From Gemmatimonadota bacterium (GTDB lineage: Bacteria > Gemmatimonadota > Gemmatimonadetes > Longimicrobiales > Gaopeijiaceae), in NCBI GenBank assembly GCA_039589315.1, contig JBDHHQ010000019.1, positions 1 through 61,244 on the forward strand: a DNA stretch of 61,244 nt, written 5' to 3'. Made by a program: the position numbers and the translations under genes. Shown here one piece after another: positions 18,090 through 28,231 of this stretch. Position 1 is the stretch's first letter. Every line of letters starts with the position of its first letter. Below the pieces are notes generated by a model. It saw only the letters and a list, made by a program, of their open reading frames with translations. It did not search any database and was not told the DNA's origin.

Positions 18090-19060
18090 GCGCTCTCCTC
18101 CAACCTACTCGTGGACTGATGGGCGATGTGCTCGAACGTGCGACGCAATCCGTCCCGCAGGTCCCATTTGGGGGACCAGCCCCGCGCCCGGAAGCAGGAC
18201 GCGTCGAGGGTGCTTGCCCTGAGCTCACCCGGACGGGCTGCCCGGTATTCACGGCCCGCCTGCCGCCCCGAAACCGCCTCCAGGGCGTCTGCCAGGCGGT
18301 TCACGCTGGTGGCGACCCCCGTGCCCACGTTGAACGCGACCGAGTCGAGACCGATGCCGGTGCCGAGCGCGAGGTCCGACGCCTTCACGTTGGCACTGAC
18401 CACGTCCTTCACGTAGACATAGTCCCGGGTCTGCTCCCCGTCGCCGAAGATGTGCAGGGGCTCCCCAGCAAGGAGCCGGCTCGAGAAGATGGCTATTACA
18501 CCGGCCTCACCGTGCGGATCCTGGCGCGGTCCGTAGACGTTCGAATAGCGTAGCGCCACGTATTCCATGCCGTGCACCTGGCGGTAGTAGTTGAGGTAGT
18601 ACTCCCCCGCCAGCTTGGTCACGCCGTACGGCGAGAGGGGCAGCTTCGGCGCCGATTCCGGAGTGGGGATCTGCTCCGGCTCTCCGTAGATCACTCCGCC
18701 GCTGGAGACGTAGACGATCCGCCGCGTGCCCACCGCCCTGGCGGACTCCATGACGTTGAGAAGGCCCAGCACGTTGATGCCGGCATCGAATCCGGGATCG
18801 CCGACCGAGTGGCGGACATCGATTTGTGCCGCGTGATGGTTCACCAAATCGAACCGCACGTCCCGAAACACTTCACCCAGCGCGGCATCGCGGATATCCA
18901 TCTCGATGAACTCGGCGCCGTCCGGGACGTTCTCCCGCCGCCCGCTGGACAGGTCGTCCACGATCCAGACCGCGTCTCCTCGGGACAGGTAGGCTTCCGC
19001 TACGTGGCTGCCGATGAAACCCGCTCCGCCCGTTACGAGCACCCGCCTGTGCGTCGTCAT
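18086..19060 (-). CDS. NAD-dependent epimerase/dehydratase (UDP-glucose 4-epimerase-like)
   Basis: GGAGFIGS, HHAAQIDVRHSV, YGVTK, NVYGPRQ. Start reassigned to ATG 19060; 4-nt overlap with tolQ. Confidence 0.9.
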   Translation of the reverse strand: MTTHRRVLVTGGAGFIGSHVAEAYLSRGDAVWIVDDLSSGRRENVPDGAEFIEMDIRDAALGEVFRDVRFDLVNHHAAQIDVRHSVGDPGFDAGINVLGLLNVMESARAVGTRRIVYVSSGGVIYGEPEQIPTPESAPKLPLSPYGVTKLAGEYYLNYYRQVHGMEYVALRYSNVYGPRQDPHGEAGVIAIFSSRLLAGEPLHIFGDGEQTRDYVYVKDVVSANVKASDLALGTGIGLDSVAFNVGTGVATSVNRLADALEAVSGRQAGREYRAARPGELRASTLDASCFRARGWSPKWDLRDGLRRTFEHIAHQSTSRLEESA

Positions 19061-19128
19061 GATGTTCGGTCTTCTCTCCGGGATTGGATCGTGATGTGGG
19101 CGACTCCCCAGCTGAGGAACCGTCGCGG

Positions 19129-19144
19129 TACAAGAAGCGAGCCG
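19129..19144 (-). promoter_or_regulatory. Degenerate sigma-54-like site
   Basis: Minus strand CGGCTCGCTTCTTGTA versus consensus TGGCACGNNNNTTGCA (3 mismatches, including the -12 C), about 70 nt upstream of the epimerase. Confidence 0.25.
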
Positions 19145-19601
19145 AGCCGGCGGCACCGAGCAGGTGCGGTGCGCGTGCTCGAGCTTCGGGGCGGGCGTCC
19201 AGTCGGGAGGAGGCTCTCCGCGGACGCGTACCGGGACGGGCTGGCCGGGGCTGGCCGGCCTCTGGAAGGTGGCGAGGGACCATCGCCCGGACGGGTCGGA
19301 GCAGGTTGATGGGGTGAGTCGGCCCGGACCCGCGGGGAGCGGGCTGTTGGCGCGGCCCAGAGGGCCTCGCGCCGGCTCCGGGACTCGATCGTCATCTGTT
19401 GGCCGATGCACTCCGCATCAGGGACCGCCTGCTCACGCCGGGATCGATGAACGGGACCGCGATCGGGCCGCATTCTAACGAACCAGCCGGTCGCTGGACA
19501 CCCCCGGAGAGGCCAGGGGGAAAAGCCGGAGAGGGCTGCCACGCAGGGGTGACCCCCGTCCGATCGGAAGCCAGTAGAAGCAGGCCTGTCGGGGTGGGAC
19601 C

Positions 19602-20813
19602 TCAGCGCATCTTCTTGGCGAGGTAGACGGTGACTCCGGTGTCGAACACCGGCCCGTCCTGCTGGACGACTCGAGCCGAAGCGACGGTCTCGGAGACGCC
19701 GACCACCTGCAGACGACCTGCCACGTTCGGGCTGACCCCACCCTCCGTTTGGGCGGCGACCACGAACTCGTCCCCGACGGCCACGCCGTCGCGAGTGCCC
19801 ACGTCCAGGAAGGCGACATCGCCGAACTGCTGTAACTGGTGTGGGTCACCCCACTCCAGGATCGTGGCGCTCAGGGATCCCACCTGCACGTCCTGGGCCT
19901 CCTGGCCGGGGCTGAGAGGGAAGTCCGGCACCGGCCGCACCTGGTCGCCCAGGGCGATGGGCGCGAACTGGCGATTCACCATGCCCACCACGGACTCGCC
20001 CTCGTCCCGCAAGACCGTCACCGACCCGGTGGGCCGCACGACCCAACCCAGACCCTCGATCTGCCGGACGACCCGGAATACCTGAAGCTCCTGTCCCTCC
20101 CGAGGCGAGAAGTCCGTGTCCACGGCGATCTCCAGCTCGTCAAAGGGCCGAGCTGTGACGCCCTGGAACCGTCGGGCTCCCTCCATGGCCACGAAGTTCC
20201 GGAGCGTTCCGCTGCCCAGGGGACGGCTCAGACTCGGCACGAGCCACTCGGCGGAATAGAACGCGTCCTGGGGTACGGCCATCCGCTGGTGGGCGTCCCT
20301 GCTCTGCACCTGATTGCGCCGACGACCGGCCTCCTCGCTCCGGAAGGCCGTGCTTCGTCCCGAGGGCGATGTCCGGTCTGCCTGCTCGATCCTCCAGGCC
20401 CGCTCTTCGCGGTCCTGCTGTTCAGGCGGGGCGGCCGGCTGGGCCTCGGCGATCGACTCCGCCGGCTCGGCCGGCTCCGCCCGAGCGGGCTCCGGTCGGG
20501 CGGACTGCCCGGCCTCGGCCGACTCCGTCGGTTCCGCAGCTCCGGCGGTCTCGGGGAACCCCGCTCCATCCGTCGCCGGGATCGCCAGCTCCGCCCCGAC
20601 CTGAACGCGATGGGGATCCGCGATGCCATTCGCCCGGGCGATCTCTTGCCAACGCGCCGGGTCGCCCAGATACTGCCGCGCGAGCTGAGCCAGAGTCTCG
20701 CCCTCGACCATGACGTGGGTCGTGGGCTGCTGCAGCGCGTGGACAGGCTCCCCATTGGAAGCGGCGACGAGGATCAACGCCAGCGCGGTCAATGCCGAGC
20801 GGATCATGAACAT
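19602..20813 (-). CDS. LysM peptidoglycan-binding protein with FlgT-C/TsaP-like C-terminal domains
   Basis: Signal peptide; LysM (GETLAQLARQYLGDPARWQEIARANGIADP...VG.EL.IP); C-terminal FLDVGTRDGVAVGDEF...GRLQVV...ASARV. Confidence 0.8.
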   Translation of the reverse strand: MFMIRSALTALALILVAASNGEPVHALQQPTTHVMVEGETLAQLARQYLGDPARWQEIARANGIADPHRVQVGAELAIPATDGAGFPETAGAAEPTESAEAGQSARPEPARAEPAEPAESIAEAQPAAPPEQQDREERAWRIEQADRTSPSGRSTAFRSEEAGRRRNQVQSRDAHQRMAVPQDAFYSAEWLVPSLSRPLGSGTLRNFVAMEGARRFQGVTARPFDELEIAVDTDFSPREGQELQVFRVVRQIEGLGWVVRPTGSVTVLRDEGESVVGMVNRQFAPIALGDQVRPVPDFPLSPGQEAQDVQVGSLSATILEWGDPHQLQQFGDVAFLDVGTRDGVAVGDEFVVAAQTEGGVSPNVAGRLQVVGVSETVASARVVQQDGPVFDTGVTVYLAKKMR

Positions 20814-21070
20814 CCTCCGCGATTCAGATGCCGTGGAAACGGCTTTCGCGGTGACGGCCGCGAAGCGGCGGATTCGCGATAGCCAGGAGCTCCGACTTGG
20901 CGCTCCACCCCTCTAATCGTCGGTACTTGGACCGCCGGACTGTAGCCCGGTGGCCAGTGGAAAGAACGGTGTTGGAGGCGGGCCGCGCCATGGCGTGCGG
21001 GGGTCCGGTGCGACGACCCATGAACCTGGGTGTCCCCCCCACGGAGCCCACCCTCGTGCCCTCCCCTGAG

Positions 21071-21589
21071 TCAAAACCGCTTCACCAGTACCAGGGCGTC
21101 CTCCCGGGGGCGGTCGTAGTAGCCGGGACGCCGGCCCACCAGCTCGAAGCCGCGATGCTCGTACATGACGCTCGCCCGGGTATTGGACTCCCGCACCTCG
21201 AGGAACAACTCGCGAACGCCGGCCCGAGCGGCCGCGTCGAGGATGGCGTCCATGAGGCTCGAGCCGATCCCGCGGCCGCGCCAGTCGGCAGCAACGGCGA
21301 TGTTCGCCAGCTCCCCCTGATCCCCGTAGGACCACATGACCGCATACCCCACCAGGGTACCGTGAGGGGCCTCGGCCACCAGAAGCACGGGCCCCGTGCG
21401 CTCGAGCAGGGACTCGAACGTCGTGGTGGACCAGGGGTTGGAGAAGGAGGCGGCCTCGATCCGGGCGACGGCTGCCAGATCGTCGGTGCTCGCTGGTCGG
21501 ACCCGTACCGCGGCCCCCGCCTCTCCGCCTGCGTCCGTCGTGTCCTGACCTTTCCCTTGCACCCAGTCTCCAGCGACGAGGTGGAGCAC
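21071..21589 (-). CDS. rimI: Ribosomal protein S18 N-acetyltransferase RimI (start uncertain)
   Basis: IEAASFSNPWS, NIAV...RGRGIG, FLEVRESN, GF...GRRPGYY..P.EDAL. Confidence 0.93.
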   Translation of the reverse strand: MLHLVAGDWVQGKGQDTTDAGGEAGAAVRVRPASTDDLAAVARIEAASFSNPWSTTTFESLLERTGPVLLVAEAPHGTLVGYAVMWSYGDQGELANIAVAADWRGRGIGSSLMDAILDAAARAGVRELFLEVRESNTRASVMYEHRGFELVGRRPGYYDRPREDALVLVKRF

Positions 21590-21646
21590 CTACGCTCCGC
21601 TGACCCGAGCGGTCCATTTCGCCGGGGTCGAGTCGTAGCCTCGCTA

Positions 21647-21811
21647 TAGTGTGGTGCTGCTGAAGCCTGGTAGCTACCGAGGGGGCCGATGCGCCCGAGC
21701 CGGCAAGGCGCGGAGACCAGTAATAGCAGCGCTATTGCGACGAACCGCAACGCCGCCGGGCGGGATGCAGCGGCTCTCGAATAGCATCACGATCCTTGCA
21801 GCACCACACTA
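21647..21811. mobile_element. 165-bp MITE-like non-autonomous element
   Basis: Perfect 14-bp terminal inverted repeat TAGTGTGGTGCTGC (21647-21660) / GCAGCACCACACTA (21798-21811); internal hairpin AATAGC-AGC-GCTATT; no credible ORF. Confidence 0.7.
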
Positions 21812-22609
21812 GGAGCCGGCACCCCGCTCGTGCTCCGGTCCGGCGGGTCGCTCCCGCTCGGCGCTGGAGGCCCGCAGGTACTCGGGCTCCCAGGCCCCCG
21901 GATTCTGCAGGGGCGGCGCGTCGGGGTCCAGCGCCAGCAAATGCAGCAACCCATCGCCGGTGGGCGTTCCGGCTGGAGGCGCCATGACCGGAAAACCGGC
22001 CTCGCGGATGACCTCCTGGTGCCGCTGAGCGCCGTCCCCGGCGAAGGCCACGTTCTCGTTCATCGCCCTGACCGCCGCCAACACCCCCCGTAGGTCGGTG
22101 GACTGCGGAGGAATGACGACGGCGGGTGGCCCCTCGGGGCGGAAGCGGTAGCAGGCCGCGTACACGCGATCCCCTCTGGCGTCGAAGAGGATGCATCGTG
22201 GAAGGCCGGACAGCCCCCCGGCGTAGGGCAGCGACGTCTCGGGCTGGTCGAACCCCGCGGCCGGCGGCGACAGCACGTCCGCTGTCGCCCCGCCCGCCGC
22301 GAGGCTGGAGAAGGCCCAGAGCGGCAATTCCAGACCCCTCGCCAGGCCTTTCGCGGTGGCGGCCGCGATCCGCACGCCCGTAAACGACCCCGGGCCCGCA
22401 CCGACGAGGATCCCCGACAGCTCGTGCAGCTGGACACCAGCCGACGAGAGCGCATCTCGCACCGCAGGCAGCAGCTCCGATCCCCGCCCACCGTGGCTGT
22501 CGAGGAAGACGCGTCCCAGGGCCGTCCCGGGTTGCCCCACGGCCACAGATCCCCGAGCCGTGGACGTGTCCATGGCCAACAACAACGGCTCCCCACCCCC
22601 TCCGCTCAC
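21809..22609 (-). CDS. tsaB: tRNA threonylcarbamoyladenosine biosynthesis protein TsaB
   Basis: LLAMDTST, GPGSFTGVRI, DAR, PEYLR. GTG start at 22609 overlaps the tsaE stop (GTGA). Confidence 0.93.
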   Translation of the reverse strand: MSGGGGEPLLLAMDTSTARGSVAVGQPGTALGRVFLDSHGGRGSELLPAVRDALSSAGVQLHELSGILVGAGPGSFTGVRIAAATAKGLARGLELPLWAFSSLAAGGATADVLSPPAAGFDQPETSLPYAGGLSGLPRCILFDARGDRVYAACYRFRPEGPPAVVIPPQSTDLRGVLAAVRAMNENVAFAGDGAQRHQEVIREAGFPVMAPPAGTPTGDGLLHLLALDPDAPPLQNPGAWEPEYLRASSAERERPAGPEHERGAGS

Positions 22610-23079
22610 GTCAACGGCTCTGCCGTCAGCGCCACCGGAAAGCCGGGCAAGGGACCGGGCGCGCCCACCCGCCGCACGTCGACCCGCCGGACGGTGGCGT
22701 CCCCGGGCTCGAACGTCAGGTGGATCTCCCATCGGTCTGCAGGCAGTGAGTCCCCGGCACGCTCGGGCCACTCCACCAGCACGATCTCGTCTTCCTCCCC
22801 CAGCTCCTCCCACCCGAGCTCCCAGAGCTCATCGGCCGACGCCAGGCGGTAGAGGTCCAGGTGAACGAGGTCCACTCCCGACCGGCCCTCGTATCGGAAC
22901 ATCAGGTTGAAGGTGGGAGACGGAACGGCTCCATGCACGCCGGCGCCCCGGGCGATGGCGCGAGCCAGGACGGATTTCCCCGCTCCCAGGGGCCCGGTCA
23001 ACGCGATGAAGAGAGGAGGACGGGCCGACTCACCGATCCTGCGGCCCCACCGGACGATCTCCTGCTCGGTTACGATCAC
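22606..23079 (-). CDS. tsaE: tRNA threonylcarbamoyladenosine biosynthesis ATPase TsaE
   Basis: GPLGAGKS P-loop, SPTF, HLDLYRL, VEWPE. Confidence 0.96.
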   Translation of the reverse strand: MIVTEQEIVRWGRRIGESARPPLFIALTGPLGAGKSVLARAIARGAGVHGAVPSPTFNLMFRYEGRSGVDLVHLDLYRLASADELWELGWEELGEEDEIVLVEWPERAGDSLPADRWEIHLTFEPGDATVRRVDVRRVGAPGPLPGFPVALTAEPLT

Positions 23080-25076
23080 GACCGGCCGCTTCCAGCAGCA
23101 GCTTTCAACTCGAAGATCTGGTCTCGCAGGACCGCCGCCCGCTCGTAGTCGAGGGCCTCGGCGGCTCGCGCCATCTCCTGCTCCAGGATCTTCAGGTACT
23201 CCTCCCGGTTCACCTCGTCGGCATACGTAGTAGAGGGCTCGGCCACCTTCGCCGCCGGCCGGCCCCGGGCGTCGGCCACCCGGGTGGTGAACTGGATGTC
23301 GGCGACGCTCTTCTGGATCGTCTGAGGCGTGATTCCGTGTTCGTCGTTGTAGGCGAGCTGGATCTCCCGCCGTCGGCCCGTTTCTTCAAGGCAGGCCGCC
23401 ATCGAGCGCGTCACCCGATCGGCGTACATGACCGCCTTCCCCCGGACGTTCCGGGCCGTCCGCCCGATCGTCTGGATCAGCGACCGATGGTCCCGCAGGA
23501 AACCCTCCTTGTCGGCATCCAGGATCGCGACGAGTGACACTTCCGGGAGGTCGAGGCCCTCGCGGAGCAGGTTGATCCCGACCAGCACGTCGATGCGCCC
23601 CAGTCGGAGTTGTCTCAGGATCTCCATCCGCTCGATGGCGTCGATGTCCGAGTGCATGTAACGGACCTTGACGCCGACGCTGTGGAGGTACTCCGAGAGG
23701 TCCTCGGCCATGCGCTTGGTGAGGGTGGTCACGAGCACGCGCTCGTCCCTGGCCGCCCGCTCGCGGATCTCGGCAAGCAGGTCGTCGACCTGGCCCTTCA
23801 CCGGGCGTACGTCCACCTCCGGGTCCACCAGGCCGGTGGGCCGGATGATCTGCTCCACCACCACGCCACCGGACCTCTGCAGCTCCCAGTCCCCCGGCGT
23901 GGCCGAGACGAACACCCCCCGCGGGACCATCTGATCCCACTCCTGGAACTTGAGGGGGCGGTTGTCCAGGGCACTGGGGAGTCGGAAGCCGTGCTCCACA
24001 AGGGTCTCCTTGCGGGAGCGGTCGCCCCGGTACATGCCGTTGATCTGCGGGATGGAGACGTGGGACTCGTCGACGATGATGAAGAAGTCGTCGGGAAAGT
24101 AGTCCAGCAGACAGAACGGCCGCTCGCCCTCCGCCCGCCCGCTCAACCAACGAGAGTAGTTCTCGATGCCCGGACAGGTCCCGATCTCGAGCATCATCTC
24201 GAGGTCGAAGTTGGTGCGGGTCTCGAGTCGCTGGGCCTCGAGGAGCCGACCCTCCATGCGGAAGCGGGCCAGCTGCTCGGCCAGCTCTTCCCGGATCAGG
24301 GGCACTGCCGCCTCGATCGTCTGGCGGCGGGTGACGTAGTGGCTGGCCGGGTAGATGGCGGTGCGGTCCAGACCCGCGATGATCTCTCCGGTGAGGGGAT
24401 CGAAGCGTGTGATGCGCTCGATCTCGTCCCCCCAGAGCTCGACCCGGATCGCTTGCTCGTCGTAGGCCGGAAACACCTCGATCGTGTCGCCCCGCGCCCG
24501 GAACGTCCCTCGCTCGAACGAGATGTCGTTGCGACTGTACTGAATCTCCACCAACCCCCGGAGGATCTCCCGCCGACCCAACTCGTCACCCGTCGTGAGG
24601 TGGAGCATCAGGCCCCGGTAGTCGTCCGGGTTTCCCAGGCCGTAGATGCACGACACCGAAGCCACGACGACCACGTCGTCCCGCTCCATGAGCGAAGACG
24701 TCGCCCGCAGGCGGAGGCGCTCGATGTCCTCGTTTATCGTGGCGTCCTTCTCGATGTAGGTGTCCGTCGAGGGGACATATGCCTCGGGCTGATAGTAGTC
24801 GTAGTAGGAGATGAAGTACTCGACCGCGTTCTCGGGGAAGAGGGCCTTGAGCTCTCCGTAGAGCTGCGCGGCCAACGTCTTGTTGTGGGACATGACCAGC
24901 GTCGGGCGGCCGTGATGCGCGATCACGTGGGCCATGGTCAGCGTCTTGCCGGTGCCCGTGGCGCCCAGGAGGGTCTGGTGCCTGTCTCCGCGGGCCAGGG
25001 CCTCCGACAGCTCCGAGATTGCCGCCGGCTGGTCCCCCTTCGGCTCGAAGGGCGAGTGGATCCGAAAATCGGGCAT
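23076..25076 (-). CDS. uvrB: Excinuclease ABC subunit UvrB
   Basis: [38 protein letters not shown]-terminal UVR domain. Confidence 0.99.
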   Translation of the reverse strand: MPDFRIHSPFEPKGDQPAAISELSEALARGDRHQTLLGATGTGKTLTMAHVIAHHGRPTLVMSHNKTLAAQLYGELKALFPENAVEYFISYYDYYQPEAYVPSTDTYIEKDATINEDIERLRLRATSSLMERDDVVVVASVSCIYGLGNPDDYRGLMLHLTTGDELGRREILRGLVEIQYSRNDISFERGTFRARGDTIEVFPAYDEQAIRVELWGDEIERITRFDPLTGEIIAGLDRTAIYPASHYVTRRQTIEAAVPLIREELAEQLARFRMEGRLLEAQRLETRTNFDLEMMLEIGTCPGIENYSRWLSGRAEGERPFCLLDYFPDDFFIIVDESHVSIPQINGMYRGDRSRKETLVEHGFRLPSALDNRPLKFQEWDQMVPRGVFVSATPGDWELQRSGGVVVEQIIRPTGLVDPEVDVRPVKGQVDDLLAEIRERAARDERVLVTTLTKRMAEDLSEYLHSVGVKVRYMHSDIDAIERMEILRQLRLGRIDVLVGINLLREGLDLPEVSLVAILDADKEGFLRDHRSLIQTIGRTARNVRGKAVMYADRVTRSMAACLEETGRRREIQLAYNDEHGITPQTIQKSVADIQFTTRVADARGRPAAKVAEPSTTYADEVNREEYLKILEQEMARAAEALDYERAAVLRDQIFELKAAAGSGRS

Positions 25077-25113
25077 GACCGTCGCTACGACGCTCCGTGG
25101 GAAGACGGCGCCA

Positions 25114-27330
25114 CTAGGCCTCCACGAGGTCGGCTTCCTGGAAGCTCTCCTTGCGCTCCACGCCGAGGACGCCCTTCACACGCCGGATCGCCTTCAGGAC
25201 CTTGCGCAAGTGGGTGAGGTCCTGGACCTCCACCACGAAGGCACCGACCATGCCGCCATCCGTGGCCTTCATGTCGGCGTGCTGGATGTTGGTACCGGTG
25301 TCGGAGATGGCGCGCGCCACGTCGGACAGGAGCCCTCGCCGATCCGTGCCCCTCAGGAAGAGCTTCACGAAGAACCGGTCGCCCTTCTCCGCCGCCCACT
25401 CGATCTCCACGCGCCGCTCTGGGTCCTGGGACAGGTTCAGCACGTTGGGACAGTCCACGCGGTGCAGGGAGACGCCGCGCCCTCGCGTCACGTATCCGAT
25501 GACCTCGTCGCCGGGCACGGGCTGGCAGCACTGGGAGTACCGCACCATGAGGTTGTCCATCCCCTGGATGCGGACGCCCTTGGTGGACTTCCGGAGCTTC
25601 TCCGCGAGCCGGGTCAGCGTGGACGGTGCCCGCGGCGGAGAGGGCCGGAGCTCTTCGTTGGGAAACAGCTCCTTGAGCACGGCCGTGGGGCCCAGATCGC
25701 CCCGGCCCAGGGCCGCGTAGATCTGATCGAATTCGACGTGCCCCAGGGCCCGCGCGGCGCGCTCCAACGCCCCGTCGTCGGGCCGTTCGCGGCGGAGCTT
25801 CCTGAGCTCGCGATCCAGGAAGTCCCGGCCGAGCTGAACTGCGGAATCGAACTCCTCGCGCCGGATCCACTGGCGGATCCGTCCCCGCGCCCGGGACGTC
25901 TTCACGAACGCGAGCCAGTCCCGGCTCGGCCGCTGCCGCGGGTTCGTGACGACCTCCACCGTGTCTCCGTTGCGTAGCTCCCTGGACAGGGGTGCGATCC
26001 TGCCGTTGACCTTCGCTCCGGCACAGTGATAGCCCACCTCGGTGTGGACCGCGAAAGCGAAGTCGATGGGCGTCGCCCCCACGGGGAGCTGCTTGACCTC
26101 CCCCTTCGGGGTGAACACGAAGATCTCGCCCTGGAAGAGATCCATGCGGAGAAACTCCATGAACTCTTCCGGCTCGCGAGTATCTTGCTGCCACTCCAGC
26201 ACCTGCCGGAACCAGGTCAGAGCCTCGTCCACCTCATCGCCTCGGCCCTCGGACCCCGGAGTCTCCTTGTAGCGCCAGTGGGCTGCGATGCCGTACTCCG
26301 CGGTACGGTGCATCTCTTCCGTGCGGATCTGGATCTCGTACCGACGGCCGCCCGGACCGAACACGGTCGTGTGCAACGACCGGTACATATTGGTCTTGGG
26401 CATGGCGATATAGTCGTGGAAGCGCTCCTGGATCGGCGTCCACCTGTTGTGGATGATGCCCAGGGCCGCATAGCAGTTCTGGACCGAGTCGGTGGTGACC
26501 CGCATCGCCATGAGGTCGTAGATCTCCCCATACGGCCTCTTCCGCTTCTCCATCTTGCGGTAGATCGACCACAGGTGCTTCGGCCGGCCGGTCACCTCGG
26601 ACGGAATGCCGGCCTTCTGGAGCTCCTCCTCAAGCGGTCGCTGCATCTCCAGCACCTGGCGCTCCCGTTCCTTCCGCCGCTGCTGCACCTGCTTCCGCAG
26701 CGTCGCGTACGCCTCCGGCTCCAGGAACTTGAAGGCCAGGTCCTCCAGCTCCCATTTGACGGCGGCCATCCCGAGGCGGTGCGCCAAGGGTGCGTAAAGC
26801 TCCCGGGTCTCCAGGGCGATGCGTCGCTGCTTGCCCTTGGGAAGGTGCTCGAGCGTCCGCATGTTGTGTAGGCGATCTGCCAGCTTCACCAGGATCACGC
26901 GAGCGTCCTGCGCCATCGAGAGCAGGAGCTTCCGGTAGTTCTCCACCTGGTGCTCCGTATGGGAGCGGAAGCGCATGCGGCCGATCTTGGTGACGCCGTC
27001 CACGATCGTGGCGACCTGTCGCCCGAACCGCTCCTCCAGGTCCGCCAGGGTGACCTCGGTATCCTCGACGACGTCGTGGACGAGCGCCGCGACGACGCTG
27101 GCGCTGTCGAGTCGGAGCTGGGCGAGGATGGTGGCTACGTCCACGACGTGCGAGACGAAGTCTTCGCCGGACGCCCGTCGCTGGCCCGCGTGGGCCTGCA
27201 TCGCCAGCTCGTAGGCGTCGACGATGGCATCGACGTCCAGCCTGTCGGCGTACGCCTCCAGGGCACGCGCCAGCGGCCTGGGCAGGCCGCGTATGGTGGG
27301 CGTGGTGGGAGTGGGCGACACGAAGGCCAT
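25114..27330 (-). CDS. rel: Bifunctional (p)ppGpp synthetase/hydrolase Rel (RelA/SpoT)
   Basis: Intact HD motif [17 protein letters not shown], synthetase YRSLHT/EIQIRT, TGS, CC and ACT domains. Confidence 0.97.
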   Translation of the reverse strand: MAFVSPTPTTPTIRGLPRPLARALEAYADRLDVDAIVDAYELAMQAHAGQRRASGEDFVSHVVDVATILAQLRLDSASVVAALVHDVVEDTEVTLADLEERFGRQVATIVDGVTKIGRMRFRSHTEHQVENYRKLLLSMAQDARVILVKLADRLHNMRTLEHLPKGKQRRIALETRELYAPLAHRLGMAAVKWELEDLAFKFLEPEAYATLRKQVQQRRKERERQVLEMQRPLEEELQKAGIPSEVTGRPKHLWSIYRKMEKRKRPYGEIYDLMAMRVTTDSVQNCYAALGIIHNRWTPIQERFHDYIAMPKTNMYRSLHTTVFGPGGRRYEIQIRTEEMHRTAEYGIAAHWRYKETPGSEGRGDEVDEALTWFRQVLEWQQDTREPEEFMEFLRMDLFQGEIFVFTPKGEVKQLPVGATPIDFAFAVHTEVGYHCAGAKVNGRIAPLSRELRNGDTVEVVTNPRQRPSRDWLAFVKTSRARGRIRQWIRREEFDSAVQLGRDFLDRELRKLRRERPDDGALERAARALGHVEFDQIYAALGRGDLGPTAVLKELFPNEELRPSPPRAPSTLTRLAEKLRKSTKGVRIQGMDNLMVRYSQCCQPVPGDEVIGYVTRGRGVSLHRVDCPNVLNLSQDPERRVEIEWAAEKGDRFFVKLFLRGTDRRGLLSDVARAISDTGTNIQHADMKATDGGMVGAFVVEVQDLTHLRKVLKAIRRVKGVLGVERKESFQEADLVEA

Positions 27331-27473
27331 TCTCCGTCAGTCCGGTCAGCCGAGAGACGCAGTTCCCCTCTCCGCCGCCGAGTAGAGCACGAAACGAGGT
27401 GCTCGAGTCTCACGGAGGGTCTGCGGCGATTCGACGAATCGTCGGGCCCGGGCGACCCCGGACCCGTCCGAAA

Positions 27474-28187
27474 CTATGGGGTACCCGGCTGCGCTGCGGA
27501 AGAGCCACGTAGCTCGCCCTGGGCCGCGAGCGAGACGAAGCGGGCATGCCCCAGGATGACGTGGTCCAGGACCGGAATACCCAGCGCCTTGCCCGCAGAC
27601 GCCATCTGACGCGTGACAGCCCGGTCCTCCAGCGACGGAGTCGGATCACCGGACGGATGGTTGTGGACCAGGATGACTCCGGCCGCGCTGTCCACGACCG
27701 CCGCCTTGAACACCTCGCGAGGATGAACCAGGGAGGCGTCCAGGATCCCCCGCGTCACCTGTACGCTCCTGATGACCCGATGCTGGGCGTTGAGGAGCAG
27801 CGCATGGAACTCCTCGTGTCGCAGGTCGCGGAGGCGCGGCCCCAGGAGGCGCATCACGTCATCCGGCCCATGGACACGGGGCCGGTGCGGGGCGGCTTCC
27901 AGCGCCGCCCGGCGACCCAGCTCGAGGGCGGCCCGAATCCGGGAGGCCGTCGCACGACCGATCCCCGGGACTCGCTCCAGCGATCCGGGCGGCAGTCCTG
28001 CCATCTGCGTAAGCGACCCGTCGACGCGCTCCAGCAAGGCGTCGGCGACGTCGAAGGACGACGCACCGCCACTCCCACTGCCGACGATCAATGCCAGGAG
28101 CTCACGGGCCGACAGCGCGGACGAGCCGAGCCGCTGGAGGCGCTCTCGGGGGCGCTCACCCGCGGGAAGCGCCAGGACGCTCCTCAC
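27474..28187 (-). CDS. radC: RadC-family JAB/MPN protein
   Basis: ERPRERL...ALS..ELLA, HhH PGIG, VHPREVF, HNHPSGDPTPS.ED, LDHVI. Start reassigned to GTG 28187. Confidence 0.93.
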   Translation of the reverse strand: MRSVLALPAGERPRERLQRLGSSALSARELLALIVGSGSGGASSFDVADALLERVDGSLTQMAGLPPGSLERVPGIGRATASRIRAALELGRRAALEAAPHRPRVHGPDDVMRLLGPRLRDLRHEEFHALLLNAQHRVIRSVQVTRGILDASLVHPREVFKAAVVDSAAGVILVHNHPSGDPTPSLEDRAVTRQMASAGKALGIPVLDHVILGHARFVSLAAQGELRGSSAAQPGTP

Positions 28188-28231
28188 CGCCGTCGATTCA
28201 GGAAGGGATCGCGGACGCGGCCACTTTCCGC

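Noticed and set aside
27474..28187. radC as a sign of a mobile element
   Set aside because: It is the full-length chromosomal form with the N-terminal HhH region, sits between secA and rel, and has no integrase or transfer genes nearby.
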